Below are positions 24,123 to 33,604 of a stretch of 64,000 nt of DNA, one piece after another. This DNA comes from Escherichia phage ECO340P2. Under the pieces are notes generated by a model. The model was not told where the DNA came from and did not search any database. It worked only from the letters and a program-made list of their open reading frames with translations. Location: sequence record OP172792; one strand, 5' to 3'. A program made the position numbers and the translations under genes. Positions within the stretch are counted from its first letter, which is position 1. The number at the start of each line of letters is the position of its first letter.

Positions 24123-25715
24123 GTGTCTACACAATTGAGTTTTACACCTACCGATGAACAATATGCTATTGAAAGCGGGTATAAAGAAAATCGTTTCGTT
24201 ACAATTCAAGCTAAATCTGGATCAGGTAAAACGTCAACACTGTATATGTTGGCTAATGGCACAAATGACAGTATTCTATACCTGGCATTTAATAAAAGTA
24301 TGGCAGAGGAAGCTCGACGTAAAATGCCGCCTAACGTTATGTGCCGAACACTACATTCAATCTGTTACCAACGTCTTCCACAAAACCTTCGACACAAGTT
24401 GTCTCGTCCAGAAGGTCAGTATGTTAACGTAGCTGGAACGGGTAGTGAGATTGCCAAGAAATTCAAGATTCAGAACTTGATCGATAAGAATGGTAAAGTG
24501 CTGCTGACTCGTGCAATGATCGGGTTAATGGTAAAACAAACTTTAGCTAAATATGAGTTTTCTGACGATGAACATATTGGACATAAACATTTTCCTAAAG
24601 TGCACATGTCAGACCTAAAACGTAAAAACATCAACGAACAAAAACTTATTAACGAAGTTGTTAAATATGCCAAGCAACTTTGGCGTGAGCGTATTGATCC
24701 TAAATCAGAAACCATTATGACTCATGATACCTATGTGAAACTCTTTGAATTGAGTAAAGAAGATTTAGGGTATGATATTATTTTCGGAGATGAATTCCAG
24801 GATGTTAACCCTGCATTTCTGTCTATCCTTCGCAATGCTAAATCGGCTAAACGTATTGTTGTTGTGGGTGATGAATTTCAGAGTATTTATCAGTTCCGTG
24901 GAAGCCAGAATATGATGAAGCAAACGGCTACATATGGGGTCGAGTTGCCTCTGACAGCTTGTTTTCGCTTTGGTCCTAAAGTTGCGGACATTGCCAATGC
25001 GATCCTTTCTGATCGCTCACCTCTGAAGCATCCGCTGGTAGGCAAAGGTTATGATACTGTCACCGGAAGTTTTCATTCTGATGTGGTAGATTATAGTAAA
25101 CCTTACACCATTATTTTCCGTAAGAATTTGACTTTGTTGCTCGAAGCTATGGACCGAATTGCTAACGGAGAAGAAATTATTATTAACGTAGATACCAAAG
25201 ACTTCATTTCTATGGTTGACAGTGTTAATGCTTTACGTAGAGGGGATTTGGACAAAGTTAAACATGAGACAGTTCTACCTTACACTTCTTGGGAAGAGTT
25301 TGTAGAGTGTGCAGAATCAGATCCTGATGCAAAACGACTTTTAAACATTGTTGTCTCTGGTAAAGCTAATAATATTGCATACACTTTACGTATGCATCGT
25401 AACTCGCCAACGGCTAAAGTTACTTTAACTACAGCCCATAAATCAAAAGGTTTGGAGTGGGATCAGGTTATTGTTGCAAATGACTTCCCTTCCAACTATG
25501 ATAAGAAGGGTGAGTGGGTAGGTCTTGAAGAGTCAGAACGAAATCTTCTGTATGTTGCACATACACGTTGTATTAAATGTCTGCAATGGAACCGGACTGT
25601 TCAAGAAATTTTAGACATGCATCGTTTAGGTAAGAGCACGGCTCCTGTATCCGAAGAAGATAAGCTTATAGCTGCCCTTGCTCGTAAGATTAATCAAATC
25701 AGAGAGGATCGTTAA
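24123..25715 (+). CDS. UvrD/Rep-family (superfamily 1) DNA helicase
   Basis: Walker A QAKSGSGKTST; GDEFQDVNP; VVVGDEFQSIYQFRG. Confidence 0.75.
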   Translation: MSTQLSFTPTDEQYAIESGYKENRFVTIQAKSGSGKTSTLYMLANGTNDSILYLAFNKSMAEEARRKMPPNVMCRTLHSICYQRLPQNLRHKLSRPEGQYVNVAGTGSEIAKKFKIQNLIDKNGKVLLTRAMIGLMVKQTLAKYEFSDDEHIGHKHFPKVHMSDLKRKNINEQKLINEVVKYAKQLWRERIDPKSETIMTHDTYVKLFELSKEDLGYDIIFGDEFQDVNPAFLSILRNAKSAKRIVVVGDEFQSIYQFRGSQNMMKQTATYGVELPLTACFRFGPKVADIANAILSDRSPLKHPLVGKGYDTVTGSFHSDVVDYSKPYTIIFRKNLTLLLEAMDRIANGEEIIINVDTKDFISMVDSVNALRRGDLDKVKHETVLPYTSWEEFVECAESDPDAKRLLNIVVSGKANNIAYTLRMHRNSPTAKVTLTTAHKSKGLEWDQVIVANDFPSNYDKKGEWVGLEESERNLLYVAHTRCIKCLQWNRTVQEILDMHRLGKSTAPVSEEDKLIAALARKINQIREDR

Positions 25716-25967
25716 ATGGCAGGGTATCACATAATAAACATTAAGAAACAACCTTATGGAAGCATAGAAAAGATTAAAGAGGAAGTAGAAGAACTTTTTG
25801 ATGCTGTTGAACAGGATTGTAAAATAATGCAACTTGTTGAATTATCAGATATCATAGGTGCTGTCGAGGGCGTTTTAGAACAACAGTTCCCAGATATGAC
25901 TTTACAAGATCTGATCATTATGTCAAACATTACTAAACGTGCTTTCCGCACAGGAGGGAGGTCATGA
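25716..25967 (+). CDS. possible MazG-like nucleotide pyrophosphohydrolase
   Basis: EEVEELFDA...ELSDIIGAVEGVLEQ resembles MazG EExGE/ExxD pattern; weak. Confidence 0.35.
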   Translation: MAGYHIINIKKQPYGSIEKIKEEVEELFDAVEQDCKIMQLVELSDIIGAVEGVLEQQFPDMTLQDLIIMSNITKRAFRTGGRS

Positions 25968-26518
25968 ACGTAGCTGTTATTGCTCAAGCTATTGATTACT
26001 ATGGGCGATTTGCGGAGATGTTGGAAGTCCCTTATCTTGTAGATGCGGATATCCTTGCATATACATTACCAGAAGGTAAAGAGGATCGACCCTTGGGGCA
26101 TCTTAATGGTAAGTTCTACGTAGCCAGTGCAGAGCAGTCTTTCCTCCAGATGGAGAAAGATGGGTTTGAATTTTCAACAGATCATCCTTATATGGCTCTA
26201 ACACCTTGCTACCGAACAGAGGAAGAATTGGATGATGTTCATTTTAACATTTTCTTAAAATTGGAAATTATTGAGTTTTATCCAGGAGCATCCGTCAAAG
26301 AATATGCTGAAACTATGCGCTATTTCTTTTGGACGTATTACAAAGTTCAAACTCAAATCATAGAGACAGATATTGGTCTTGACGTGGAAGATATGTATGG
26401 GTTAGAATTAGGTTCGTTTGGGATGAGAACTTCTCCACAAGGTCATCCATATTTATACGCCACTGGTATCGCAGAGCCTAGGGCATCTATTGCAATAAAA
26501 CGAGGAGGATTATTATGA
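25964..26518 (+). CDS. hypothetical protein
   Basis: ORF in operon. Confidence 0.5.
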   Translation: MNVAVIAQAIDYYGRFAEMLEVPYLVDADILAYTLPEGKEDRPLGHLNGKFYVASAEQSFLQMEKDGFEFSTDHPYMALTPCYRTEEELDDVHFNIFLKLEIIEFYPGASVKEYAETMRYFFWTYYKVQTQIIETDIGLDVEDMYGLELGSFGMRTSPQGHPYLYATGIAEPRASIAIKRGGLL

Positions 26519-27858
26519 ATGTATATGCACATAAGCAAGATTTGGTAACAGCGGCAAACAATCGTGGCTTGTTTGATAGTCTTTGCAAAGCTATTGAGAT
26601 TGCATATGGTTGGACCAAAGAGACAGATCCTAAACTTACAGGAAAGTATGCTCTTTTACACGGTTGCACAAATTTTCCATACATCTGTCACACAGTTGGG
26701 ACCGATGAATTTACTGGAGATCCGACAGTAGGAGATAATGAACTGCGTTTTACAGGAGATGCAATGCTAGATTTAATTCTTAAGAAAACTAAAATGCTAA
26801 AAATTGAAGATGTTTACACAGACACTAGTAACCTTTCCGAAGAAGAAATTGAAGAAATGATTACTACTTTCAATAATACAACAGGGAAGAGTTTTTGGAC
26901 TAAAAGCGACGCTTCCCGTCTTAAACGAGTAGACCCTGCTATTCCAGAAGACGGTAAGAAGTATCGAAAAGTTATCTTTTACGATAAAATGGCAGGTCTG
27001 GATGCTCTACATCTTGAGTGTGGAAGCCTTGTGCCTCCGACTGTTAGAGAACATGAGTTTGCAGTTGAGGTTGAAGCACAGGAGTTTAAAGATATGTTTT
27101 ATACTAAGCATGTAAGAAAAGTAGAAGATGTGGAACAACAAAAAGAGACTTTTGAACCAGAAGACACAGAGCCTACCTATATTCCTAATACAGGTATTCA
27201 ACCTTGTGAGGACTTTGTTCAAGTCCGTTACAAAAATGGTGTTTTAGAAGTATGCAAAGCCAACCACTTTGAATGGGAGAAATACGATAGTGAATGGCAA
27301 ATTGAAGAATATTTTGTTCTCCCAAGAACAGCAAAATACCAAGCCCATATTGGAGGTAGACGTCCTTGTGATGGTCCTGTTAATGTTCTTTTTCGAAATG
27401 GTGATAAAGGGAAAGGTTTGGCAGAGACATTTTATTGGAGCCACTCTGGAGATGGATCAGATATTGTAGGCTATATTAAACTTAACCCATCTCCACGTTA
27501 CCGCAAGCGTCGTCAGAAGCCGCCAGTAGGTAAGAAGAGTGTCGTTCGTGTCCTCTACACTACACAACAGACATACACATTTAAAAACGTTGTTGATGTG
27601 CAAGTAACCGAAGAGCGGGTTTATATCCAGTATGATCGTGAAGTTACAGAGGGTATCAAAGAATCGGTTACTACCGAAATTGAAAATAAACTTGTTATGG
27701 CGATCATTGTGGAAGAAAGTAAAGTAGAGAACGGTAGAGCCTATACTATTCGTGATAGCTTCTTACGTAATATCGACGGAACTTGGGATTATAATGGACA
27801 CGATGGGACCGCTGTAAAGAACGGTAAGATCATGGGAAGACAATTCCTCTCCAAATGA
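26515..27858 (+). CDS. hypothetical protein (447 aa)
   Basis: ORF with GAGGAGG RBS. Confidence 0.55.
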   Translation: MNVYAHKQDLVTAANNRGLFDSLCKAIEIAYGWTKETDPKLTGKYALLHGCTNFPYICHTVGTDEFTGDPTVGDNELRFTGDAMLDLILKKTKMLKIEDVYTDTSNLSEEEIEEMITTFNNTTGKSFWTKSDASRLKRVDPAIPEDGKKYRKVIFYDKMAGLDALHLECGSLVPPTVREHEFAVEVEAQEFKDMFYTKHVRKVEDVEQQKETFEPEDTEPTYIPNTGIQPCEDFVQVRYKNGVLEVCKANHFEWEKYDSEWQIEEYFVLPRTAKYQAHIGGRRPCDGPVNVLFRNGDKGKGLAETFYWSHSGDGSDIVGYIKLNPSPRYRKRRQKPPVGKKSVVRVLYTTQQTYTFKNVVDVQVTEERVYIQYDREVTEGIKESVTTEIENKLVMAIIVEESKVENGRAYTIRDSFLRNIDGTWDYNGHDGTAVKNGKIMGRQFLSK

Positions 27859-27866
27859 TAAAACTT

Positions 27867-27891
27867 AAAGGCGCACTTTGCGCCTTTTTTG
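27867..27891 (+). terminator. intrinsic terminator GGCGCActtTGCGCC + TTTTTT
   Basis: GC stem followed by T6. Confidence 0.7.
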
Positions 27892-27961
27892 ATTTCCCTC
27901 AAAGCTTTTTTCGGTTGGAAGAGGTAGAATAATAGTTCTACTCACAAAATAAGGATTAATA

Positions 27962-29776
27962 ATGAAAGATTTGTACCAAGATGTTTTTTCTTTTTTAGAT
28001 CGCACTTCAGAAACATACACTAGAGAGAATGCAAACAAACCTTCCCACCTCGTTAACACGCACAGGGATCTCTTGGCTGGGATTTTAAGCAAACATATGG
28101 CAATGACCCAGATACTGCCAAAAAGCTTGTCAGAATGGCATACAGAAGGTTTTGGACATATTCACGACTTGGATTATCTACTCTCCCCTCTTACAAACTG
28201 TTGTCTTGTTAATTATCAAGATATGTTAGAGAATGGTTTTAAGATCGGTGCTGCACAGATAGAAAAACCAAAATCTATTGGAGTAGCTACTACAGTGCTA
28301 ACTCAAATCATCCAAGCTGTTGCCTCCAGTCAGTACGGAGGTCAGACGTGTGCACACATTGACAAGGGTCTTAGCCCTTATGTTGAAGCTAGTTTCCTTA
28401 AAAACATGGAGATAACCAAACGTCGCTACGGTTGTTATGCAAGGAAAGAAGCCCTGGAAATGACCGAACAAGATGTATATGATGCTATGCAAACTCTCTT
28501 GTATCAGGTTAATACTTTAATGAGTGTTAATGGACAATCTCCTTTTATTACAATCAGCATGGGTCTGGACACTTCTGTTTTCGGCAGAATGATTACAGCT
28601 AACTATCTTAAAGTGCATAGTAACGGTCTAGGCAAAGATCATGTAACGCCTGTATTCCCTAAAGTTATTTTCTTTTTACAAGAAGGTGTTAACATGAAAC
28701 CTGGTGATCCTAATTACGACCTTAAGCAACAAGCTTTGGCATGTTGTGCTGATCGTATTTATCCAGATTTTATTTCTGTTCCTTTGAACAAAGAAGTTAC
28801 AGGATCAGCAGATGGTACCGTTACGAGTATGGGTTGTCGTTCCTTTTTGTCGTACTATGCCACCGAACAAGGAGAAAAATATGATGGACGATTCAACCTT
28901 GGAGTAGTTTCTATCAACTTGCCTCTGATTGCTGCGGAAGCGAGAAGTAAAGGAGAATCTTTCACCGATCTTCTTAATAAACATATGGAGATAGCCTACG
29001 ATGCTCACATGCTACGTGTAAACCGTATTAGACATACCAAAGCATCTGAAAACCCTATTCTTTTCATGGAAGGGGCTTTAGCTCGTTTAAATGCCAACGA
29101 TGAAATTGGTGTTTTGTTTGAAGGTGGTTATGCTTCTATTAGTATAGGTTATGTAGGTCTTGCCGAAGCTTTGGAAATCCTTTATCCAGAAGAAAAAGAT
29201 AAAAAGGAATTGGGTAAAAACATTCTGCAACATATGAAAGATGTGTGTGCTGTGTTTAAAGAACGATCTAAGCTGGCGTTTAGTCTCTATGGAACTCCAG
29301 CAGAATCCTTGTGCTATAAATTTGCAACAGCTTTAAATGAAAAATATCCAGGGCTGGTAGAAAGAGACTATCTTACTAATTCTTTTCATCAACCTGTGTG
29401 GTTGGTAACAAATCCTTTTGAAAAATGGGATTATGAAGCAGGTTTTGCACAGATTAGTAATGGTGGTAACATAAGTTATGTCGAAACACCAAACTTAAAG
29501 AATAACTTAGAAGCTTTGGAGACTTTAGTAGACTACGCTTATGAACATATTCACTACTTTGGTATTAATCAGCCCGTGGATCAATGCTTTAAATGTGGTT
29601 TTCATGGAGAATTTAAGGCAACGGCTAAAGGGTTTGAGTGTCCTGATTGTGGCAACCATGAAGAAGAAACTATTTCTGTAGTTAGACGTGTATCAGGGTA
29701 TCTTTCTGCCCCTAATTCACGACCTTACAATAAAGGTAAAATGCAGGAAGTTTTGCAAAGGGAGAAACATCTTTGA
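27962..29776 (+). CDS. nrdD: anaerobic ribonucleoside-triphosphate reductase
   Basis: C-terminal zinc ribbon CFKCG...CPDCG and glycyl-radical motif RRVSGY. Confidence 0.8.
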   Translation: MKDLYQDVFSFLDRTSETYTRENANKPSHLVNTHRDLLAGILSKHMAMTQILPKSLSEWHTEGFGHIHDLDYLLSPLTNCCLVNYQDMLENGFKIGAAQIEKPKSIGVATTVLTQIIQAVASSQYGGQTCAHIDKGLSPYVEASFLKNMEITKRRYGCYARKEALEMTEQDVYDAMQTLLYQVNTLMSVNGQSPFITISMGLDTSVFGRMITANYLKVHSNGLGKDHVTPVFPKVIFFLQEGVNMKPGDPNYDLKQQALACCADRIYPDFISVPLNKEVTGSADGTVTSMGCRSFLSYYATEQGEKYDGRFNLGVVSINLPLIAAEARSKGESFTDLLNKHMEIAYDAHMLRVNRIRHTKASENPILFMEGALARLNANDEIGVLFEGGYASISIGYVGLAEALEILYPEEKDKKELGKNILQHMKDVCAVFKERSKLAFSLYGTPAESLCYKFATALNEKYPGLVERDYLTNSFHQPVWLVTNPFEKWDYEAGFAQISNGGNISYVETPNLKNNLEALETLVDYAYEHIHYFGINQPVDQCFKCGFHGEFKATAKGFECPDCGNHEEETISVVRRVSGYLSAPNSRPYNKGKMQEVLQREKHL

Positions 29777-30243
29777 ATTTTGCGGGATACGAACCTGTAG
29801 ATCTTATTAATGGTGAGGGAGTTAGGTGCTCCCTCTGGGTTAGTGGTTGTAGCCACGGTTGTCGTGGCTGTTTTAACCAGAAAGCCTGGTCTTATTCTTA
29901 TGGGAAACCGTTCACTCACGAAAATGTAGAGCAAGTTTTAAAAGATTTGTCAAGACCGTTTGTAAAAGGTTTAACAATTTTAGGAGGAGAACCATTAGAT
30001 CCGCAGAATATTGACAATGTTCAAAACCTTATAGAAAAGGTTAGAGACGTCTATGGGTCAAGCAAAGATATAATGGTGTATACAGGATATACTTTTGAGG
30101 AAGTGCCTTTGTATATTAAAAATCTTGTTGACATTATTGTAGACGGAAAGTATGAAATAAACAATCCAACTACAAAACCTTTCAGAGGGTCAGATAATCA
30201 AAGATTATGGACCAAAACGGCAAGTGGTTGGCAATCAGATTAA
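29773..30243 (+). CDS. nrdG: anaerobic RNR activating protein (radical SAM)
   Basis: CSHGCRGC radical-SAM cysteine triad; directly downstream of nrdD; TTG start. Confidence 0.75.
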   Translation: MNFAGYEPVDLINGEGVRCSLWVSGCSHGCRGCFNQKAWSYSYGKPFTHENVEQVLKDLSRPFVKGLTILGGEPLDPQNIDNVQNLIEKVRDVYGSSKDIMVYTGYTFEEVPLYIKNLVDIIVDGKYEINNPTTKPFRGSDNQRLWTKTASGWQSD

Positions 30244-30256
30244 CTTAGGAGGTTTT

Positions 30257-30448
30257 ATGGTTACATACTTTGCTGTAGGAGATAAAGTAGGGACGGCAGG
30301 AGAACTTTTGAAGAACAGTGATCGGGACGTTAAGGACATTCTTGCAACCCTTGTAGATATTTTACAAAGAAAAGAGTTGCTTTCTGATCGAGATGTTGCT
30401 AAATTACTTGATATCGGAGGAGATGAACTTCAAAGACTTCCATTTTAA
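30257..30448 (+). CDS. hypothetical small protein
   Basis: track ORF trimmed to ATG 30257 with AGGAGG RBS. Confidence 0.5.
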   Translation: MVTYFAVGDKVGTAGELLKNSDRDVKDILATLVDILQRKELLSDRDVAKLLDIGGDELQRLPF

Positions 30449-30463
30449 GTGAGGAGATAAGTA

Positions 30464-31069
30464 ATGCAACATAGTGTAGTAGTTAACATGCCAAATAACG
30501 GGGATAAATCTTTTGGTATCCCTGCTAAAAAAGTGTGGAAAGCCCATTTTCATCTTACTTTATCTAACGTTAGTTCTGAAGAGTTGATGGAAGCAGCTAA
30601 GATCATTGGTGCCAAATGCACAACAATTGATTTACATCGGGATACAAAGTCTCAACGTGATCGTATGCTAACAAAGTATCAAAGCGATCTCGACACTACT
30701 TTAATGTTGCAGTGTGTAGAAAAACTTGAGAATGCAGGTTTCAATGTTGTTCGTTACAAACTGGAACGAATGTTTAAACATGTTGCCTGTGTTCTTTTCA
30801 TGGATCTAAGTAAAGAAAATTATGGAGAAGTTCACATTAAGACTTCAGCAAGTGATCCTGAAGTAGAAACAAACTTCTTCCGTATTTCTTCTAATGTTGA
30901 AGAAATTGACTACCGATTTTATAATGCTCGCTTATATTCCGCAGAAGATAAGTTGCGTTTCAATGAAGCATATGATATGCTCTTGAACAGCGGGATACAG
31001 ATAAAAGGCTACCACATAGAACAAGTTGTGGTAGACAGTAACTTAAATCTTGATGCATGGTGGGCCTAA
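30464..31069 (+). CDS. hypothetical protein (weak 2H-phosphoesterase-like HxTx motif)
   Basis: single HLTL motif near N-terminus; second motif not canonical. Confidence 0.45.
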   Translation: MQHSVVVNMPNNGDKSFGIPAKKVWKAHFHLTLSNVSSEELMEAAKIIGAKCTTIDLHRDTKSQRDRMLTKYQSDLDTTLMLQCVEKLENAGFNVVRYKLERMFKHVACVLFMDLSKENYGEVHIKTSASDPEVETNFFRISSNVEEIDYRFYNARLYSAEDKLRFNEAYDMLLNSGIQIKGYHIEQVVVDSNLNLDAWWA

Positions 31070-31070
31070 T

Positions 31071-31727
31071 ATGACAATAAAACATATCTCTTTTGATGTA
31101 TGGAACACTCTTATTTCTACCAATCAAAACTATGCAGATGCACGTACGCATACTATCGCCACTTATGGTAGAATGTCTGAACGTGCAGCCAAAGAAGCAT
31201 ACAAAGATGCCAAAGAAATCATGGATAATGCTGCACTAAATGGGTGTGCAGAGGGTGTAGCATATGCATGGAATATGTTGGGAAGAAAGATAGGTTTAAC
31301 CCCTGTAGAATCTGCACAAATGCGTTTTGAGTGTGAACAATGGTTTCTTAAATTTCCTCCACATATTGCCTTAGATTTGCCAGTTTGTTTGCTATATTTG
31401 TCTGGTAAATATGACCTTAGTATTAAAAGCAATACTAATTTTATATCTGGGGATATTTTGCGTCGTGCTTGTATGTTTGACAGTTGGAATTGTTTTGAAT
31501 TTATGCATTTTTCAGACGAACATCTGTTGTGTAAACCAGATCCTAGATTCTTTGTTAGGACAGCCACATATTCAAGCATTCCTTTGAGGGCTGAAGAGAT
31601 TTTACATGTTGGGGACAGCGAAGAATTTGATGGTAAATGTGTTGACATAGGGATTAACTTCTGTCATATTAAGAACCCTAACGACTTACTAGAGAAACTT
31701 AAAAGAGGAGAAATTGTAAATGCGTAA
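31071..31727 (+). CDS. HAD-superfamily hydrolase (phosphatase-like)
   Basis: HAD motifs: FDVWNTL (I), SIKSN (II), KPDP (III), VGDSEEFD (IV). Confidence 0.65.
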   Translation: MTIKHISFDVWNTLISTNQNYADARTHTIATYGRMSERAAKEAYKDAKEIMDNAALNGCAEGVAYAWNMLGRKIGLTPVESAQMRFECEQWFLKFPPHIALDLPVCLLYLSGKYDLSIKSNTNFISGDILRRACMFDSWNCFEFMHFSDEHLLCKPDPRFFVRTATYSSIPLRAEEILHVGDSEEFDGKCVDIGINFCHIKNPNDLLEKLKRGEIVNA

Positions 31728-32547
31728 TCAAACTCAAATTTTTGCAAACAAATTTGATGATCTGGAAACTGCTACTTTTGATATCAAAGACTATTCAAAA
31801 TTGAAATTTGGTAGTAACCAGGCTGCGCGTCGTATGGGTAAAGAATTGGCCCTTCAGTTTTTTGCTCAAGTAGCAATGAAACATATTGGGGAACAATTTG
31901 TTATCATCCCTTCTCCTTATAACCATGTGCATAATGCTGCAACAATGATGACAGATCATTTTATTAATTACTTTAATATGTTGCAAGCACAATATGATCA
32001 AGGTCGTTCAGCAGAACTGGATATTATTCATCGTAAAGTTAGCTATATCAACGATTATGGTTTCTTGGATAAAGCTAGTCGTAAGAAACTTATTGATGGG
32101 GATACATTCTACTGCAACAAAGAATTCTGGGGTGATAAGAAGCTTGTGTTCATTGATGATGTAAATATCACTGGAACTCATGAAGACAAACTGATTGAGA
32201 TCCTTGATGAAAATCAAGTTAAAAATGATGTTTACTTCTTGTATTTTGCAAAATATGAAGGTAATCAAGCAGATACCGAAGCTAAACTGAATTTTAACTA
32301 TATTAATACACCAGAAGCATTTGTTAAAATGATTAATGAAGAACGTGATGCACAGTGTCTTGTTCGTCCTATTAAGTATCTTATGGGTCAAAATCACGAA
32401 GACTTCAAAATCATTCTTAGCCAATTGCCACACTACTATGTAGAGCAGCTTTTCTTCGGATGTTTGGGAGAAGGTTACAACCGAATTGCAAAGTATGCTG
32501 AAAACTTTGAGTTCTTGGATCGTTACACAAAACAACATATTCTGTGA
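31720..32547 (+). CDS. type I phosphoribosyltransferase-fold protein
   Basis: PRPP-binding loop KLVFIDDVNITGTHEDK. Confidence 0.6.
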   Translation: MRNQTQIFANKFDDLETATFDIKDYSKLKFGSNQAARRMGKELALQFFAQVAMKHIGEQFVIIPSPYNHVHNAATMMTDHFINYFNMLQAQYDQGRSAELDIIHRKVSYINDYGFLDKASRKKLIDGDTFYCNKEFWGDKKLVFIDDVNITGTHEDKLIEILDENQVKNDVYFLYFAKYEGNQADTEAKLNFNYINTPEAFVKMINEERDAQCLVRPIKYLMGQNHEDFKIILSQLPHYYVEQLFFGCLGEGYNRIAKYAENFEFLDRYTKQHIL

Positions 32548-32560
32548 TAAGGATCTAAAA

Positions 32561-33046
32561 ATGCTTAAAATGAAAACAGGTAATCTTATTGATGCCGCTA
32601 AAGCAGGGGAAGTAACGGTTATTGCTCATTGTTGTAATTGTATGTGTAACATGGGGGCAGGTATTGCCCCACAAATAAAATATGCGTTTCCATATGCATA
32701 CGAAGCAGATTTAGCTACAGGAGCAGGAAACCAGAAAAAGCTTGGTTCTTTTAGTTTAGGAGAACCAGAAGATTATCCTAATCCTATGGTATACAACCTT
32801 TATGGACAATATCGTTATGGATATAATAGTAAAGGTCGTCAATTAGATTATGATGCACTGTATGATGCTCTTGCAGCTATGGCAATGGACTTACACAATT
32901 ACGATAAAGGAGATCAACCAGCACATAAGATTGGTCTACCTATGATAGGTGCAGGTCATGCTGGAGGTAATTGGGCTATCATTGAAGTCATGATCAAAGA
33001 AACTTTAGTAAAAGCTGGTCACGATGTGACTATTTATAAACTTTAA
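32561..33046 (+). CDS. macro-domain protein (TARG1/Poa1p/DarG-like)
   Basis: VIAHCCNCMCNMGAGIAPQIKYAF matches recalled TARG1-type macro signature (hC.s.d..MGaGIA..F). Confidence 0.65.
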   Translation: MLKMKTGNLIDAAKAGEVTVIAHCCNCMCNMGAGIAPQIKYAFPYAYEADLATGAGNQKKLGSFSLGEPEDYPNPMVYNLYGQYRYGYNSKGRQLDYDALYDALAAMAMDLHNYDKGDQPAHKIGLPMIGAGHAGGNWAIIEVMIKETLVKAGHDVTIYKL

Positions 33047-33058
33047 GAGGAGATTAGT

Positions 33059-33280
33059 ATGGGTGTTTTTGCAGGTATTGTTGCGGTGGTAGGGTTTTTT
33101 GTTATTGCTTTTATGCTTAGTTTGATCCCAGCTTGGTTACTGTTGCTGGCTTACAACTATGTTGCTGAAGTTATGGGTCATGCAGATATCACTGTTCCAG
33201 TAACCTTCTGGACCGTGGTTTGTGTTTCGTTTATTCTGGCTGTATTACGAGGAATCTTTTCCTCTAGTTCTTCTAAGTAA
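33059..33280 (+). CDS. small membrane protein
   Basis: two hydrophobic helices; GAGGAG RBS. Confidence 0.55.
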   Translation: MGVFAGIVAVVGFFVIAFMLSLIPAWLLLLAYNYVAEVMGHADITVPVTFWTVVCVSFILAVLRGIFSSSSSK

Positions 33281-33300
33281 ATTTAAAACAGATGGAGGGC

Positions 33301-33525
33301 ATGATGAAAGTAGCTGTAGTAGAAACGGATACAGACTATCATGGAGCTTATGTTGACACCAAGATAATGGAATTCCCTTCTATGTTGGAGGCTGAAACCT
33401 GGTGTGATACAAGGTCTAGTAAAGGAAGTGCTTATTTTATCGACAAAAGCTTAACCAAAGCTTTGAACGAAGAGGAAAAGCCTAAGAAAGAGCCAGAAAA
33501 TAATATCAGCTTATCTTGGTATTAA
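33301..33525 (+). CDS. hypothetical protein
   Basis: ORF with GGAGGG RBS. Confidence 0.5.
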   Translation: MMKVAVVETDTDYHGAYVDTKIMEFPSMLEAETWCDTRSSKGSAYFIDKSLTKALNEEEKPKKEPENNISLSWY

Positions 33526-33528
33526 CTG

Positions 33529-33587
33529 TTGACAAGCTTTTTAAAAAGAGTAAGATATATCACATGAAGCGGGGAATAGTTCCCCGC
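33529..33587 (+). promoter_or_regulatory. promoter TTGACA-N16-TAAGAT + leader hairpin GCGGGGAAtagTTCCCCGC (same module as early genes, plus strand)
   Basis: hexamers and hairpin read directly; 18 nt upstream of terC RBS. Confidence 0.6.
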
Positions 33588-33604
33588 AAAGAGAGGAGAA
33601 AAGA

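Noticed and set aside
24154-24432. Antisense or alternative-frame track ORFs inside larger genes (e.g. 24154..24432, 32008..32538, 54401..54943, 56248..56442, 58500..58691)
   Set aside because: Each lies fully inside a longer ORF with clear domain signatures; low-complexity translations without RBS.
31720-32547. Calling the PRTase a specific NAD+-reconstitution enzyme (Adps/Namat-like)
   Set aside because: Only the generic PRPP-binding loop is recognisable; family assignment needs profile searches, so it is kept as a PRTase-fold protein.
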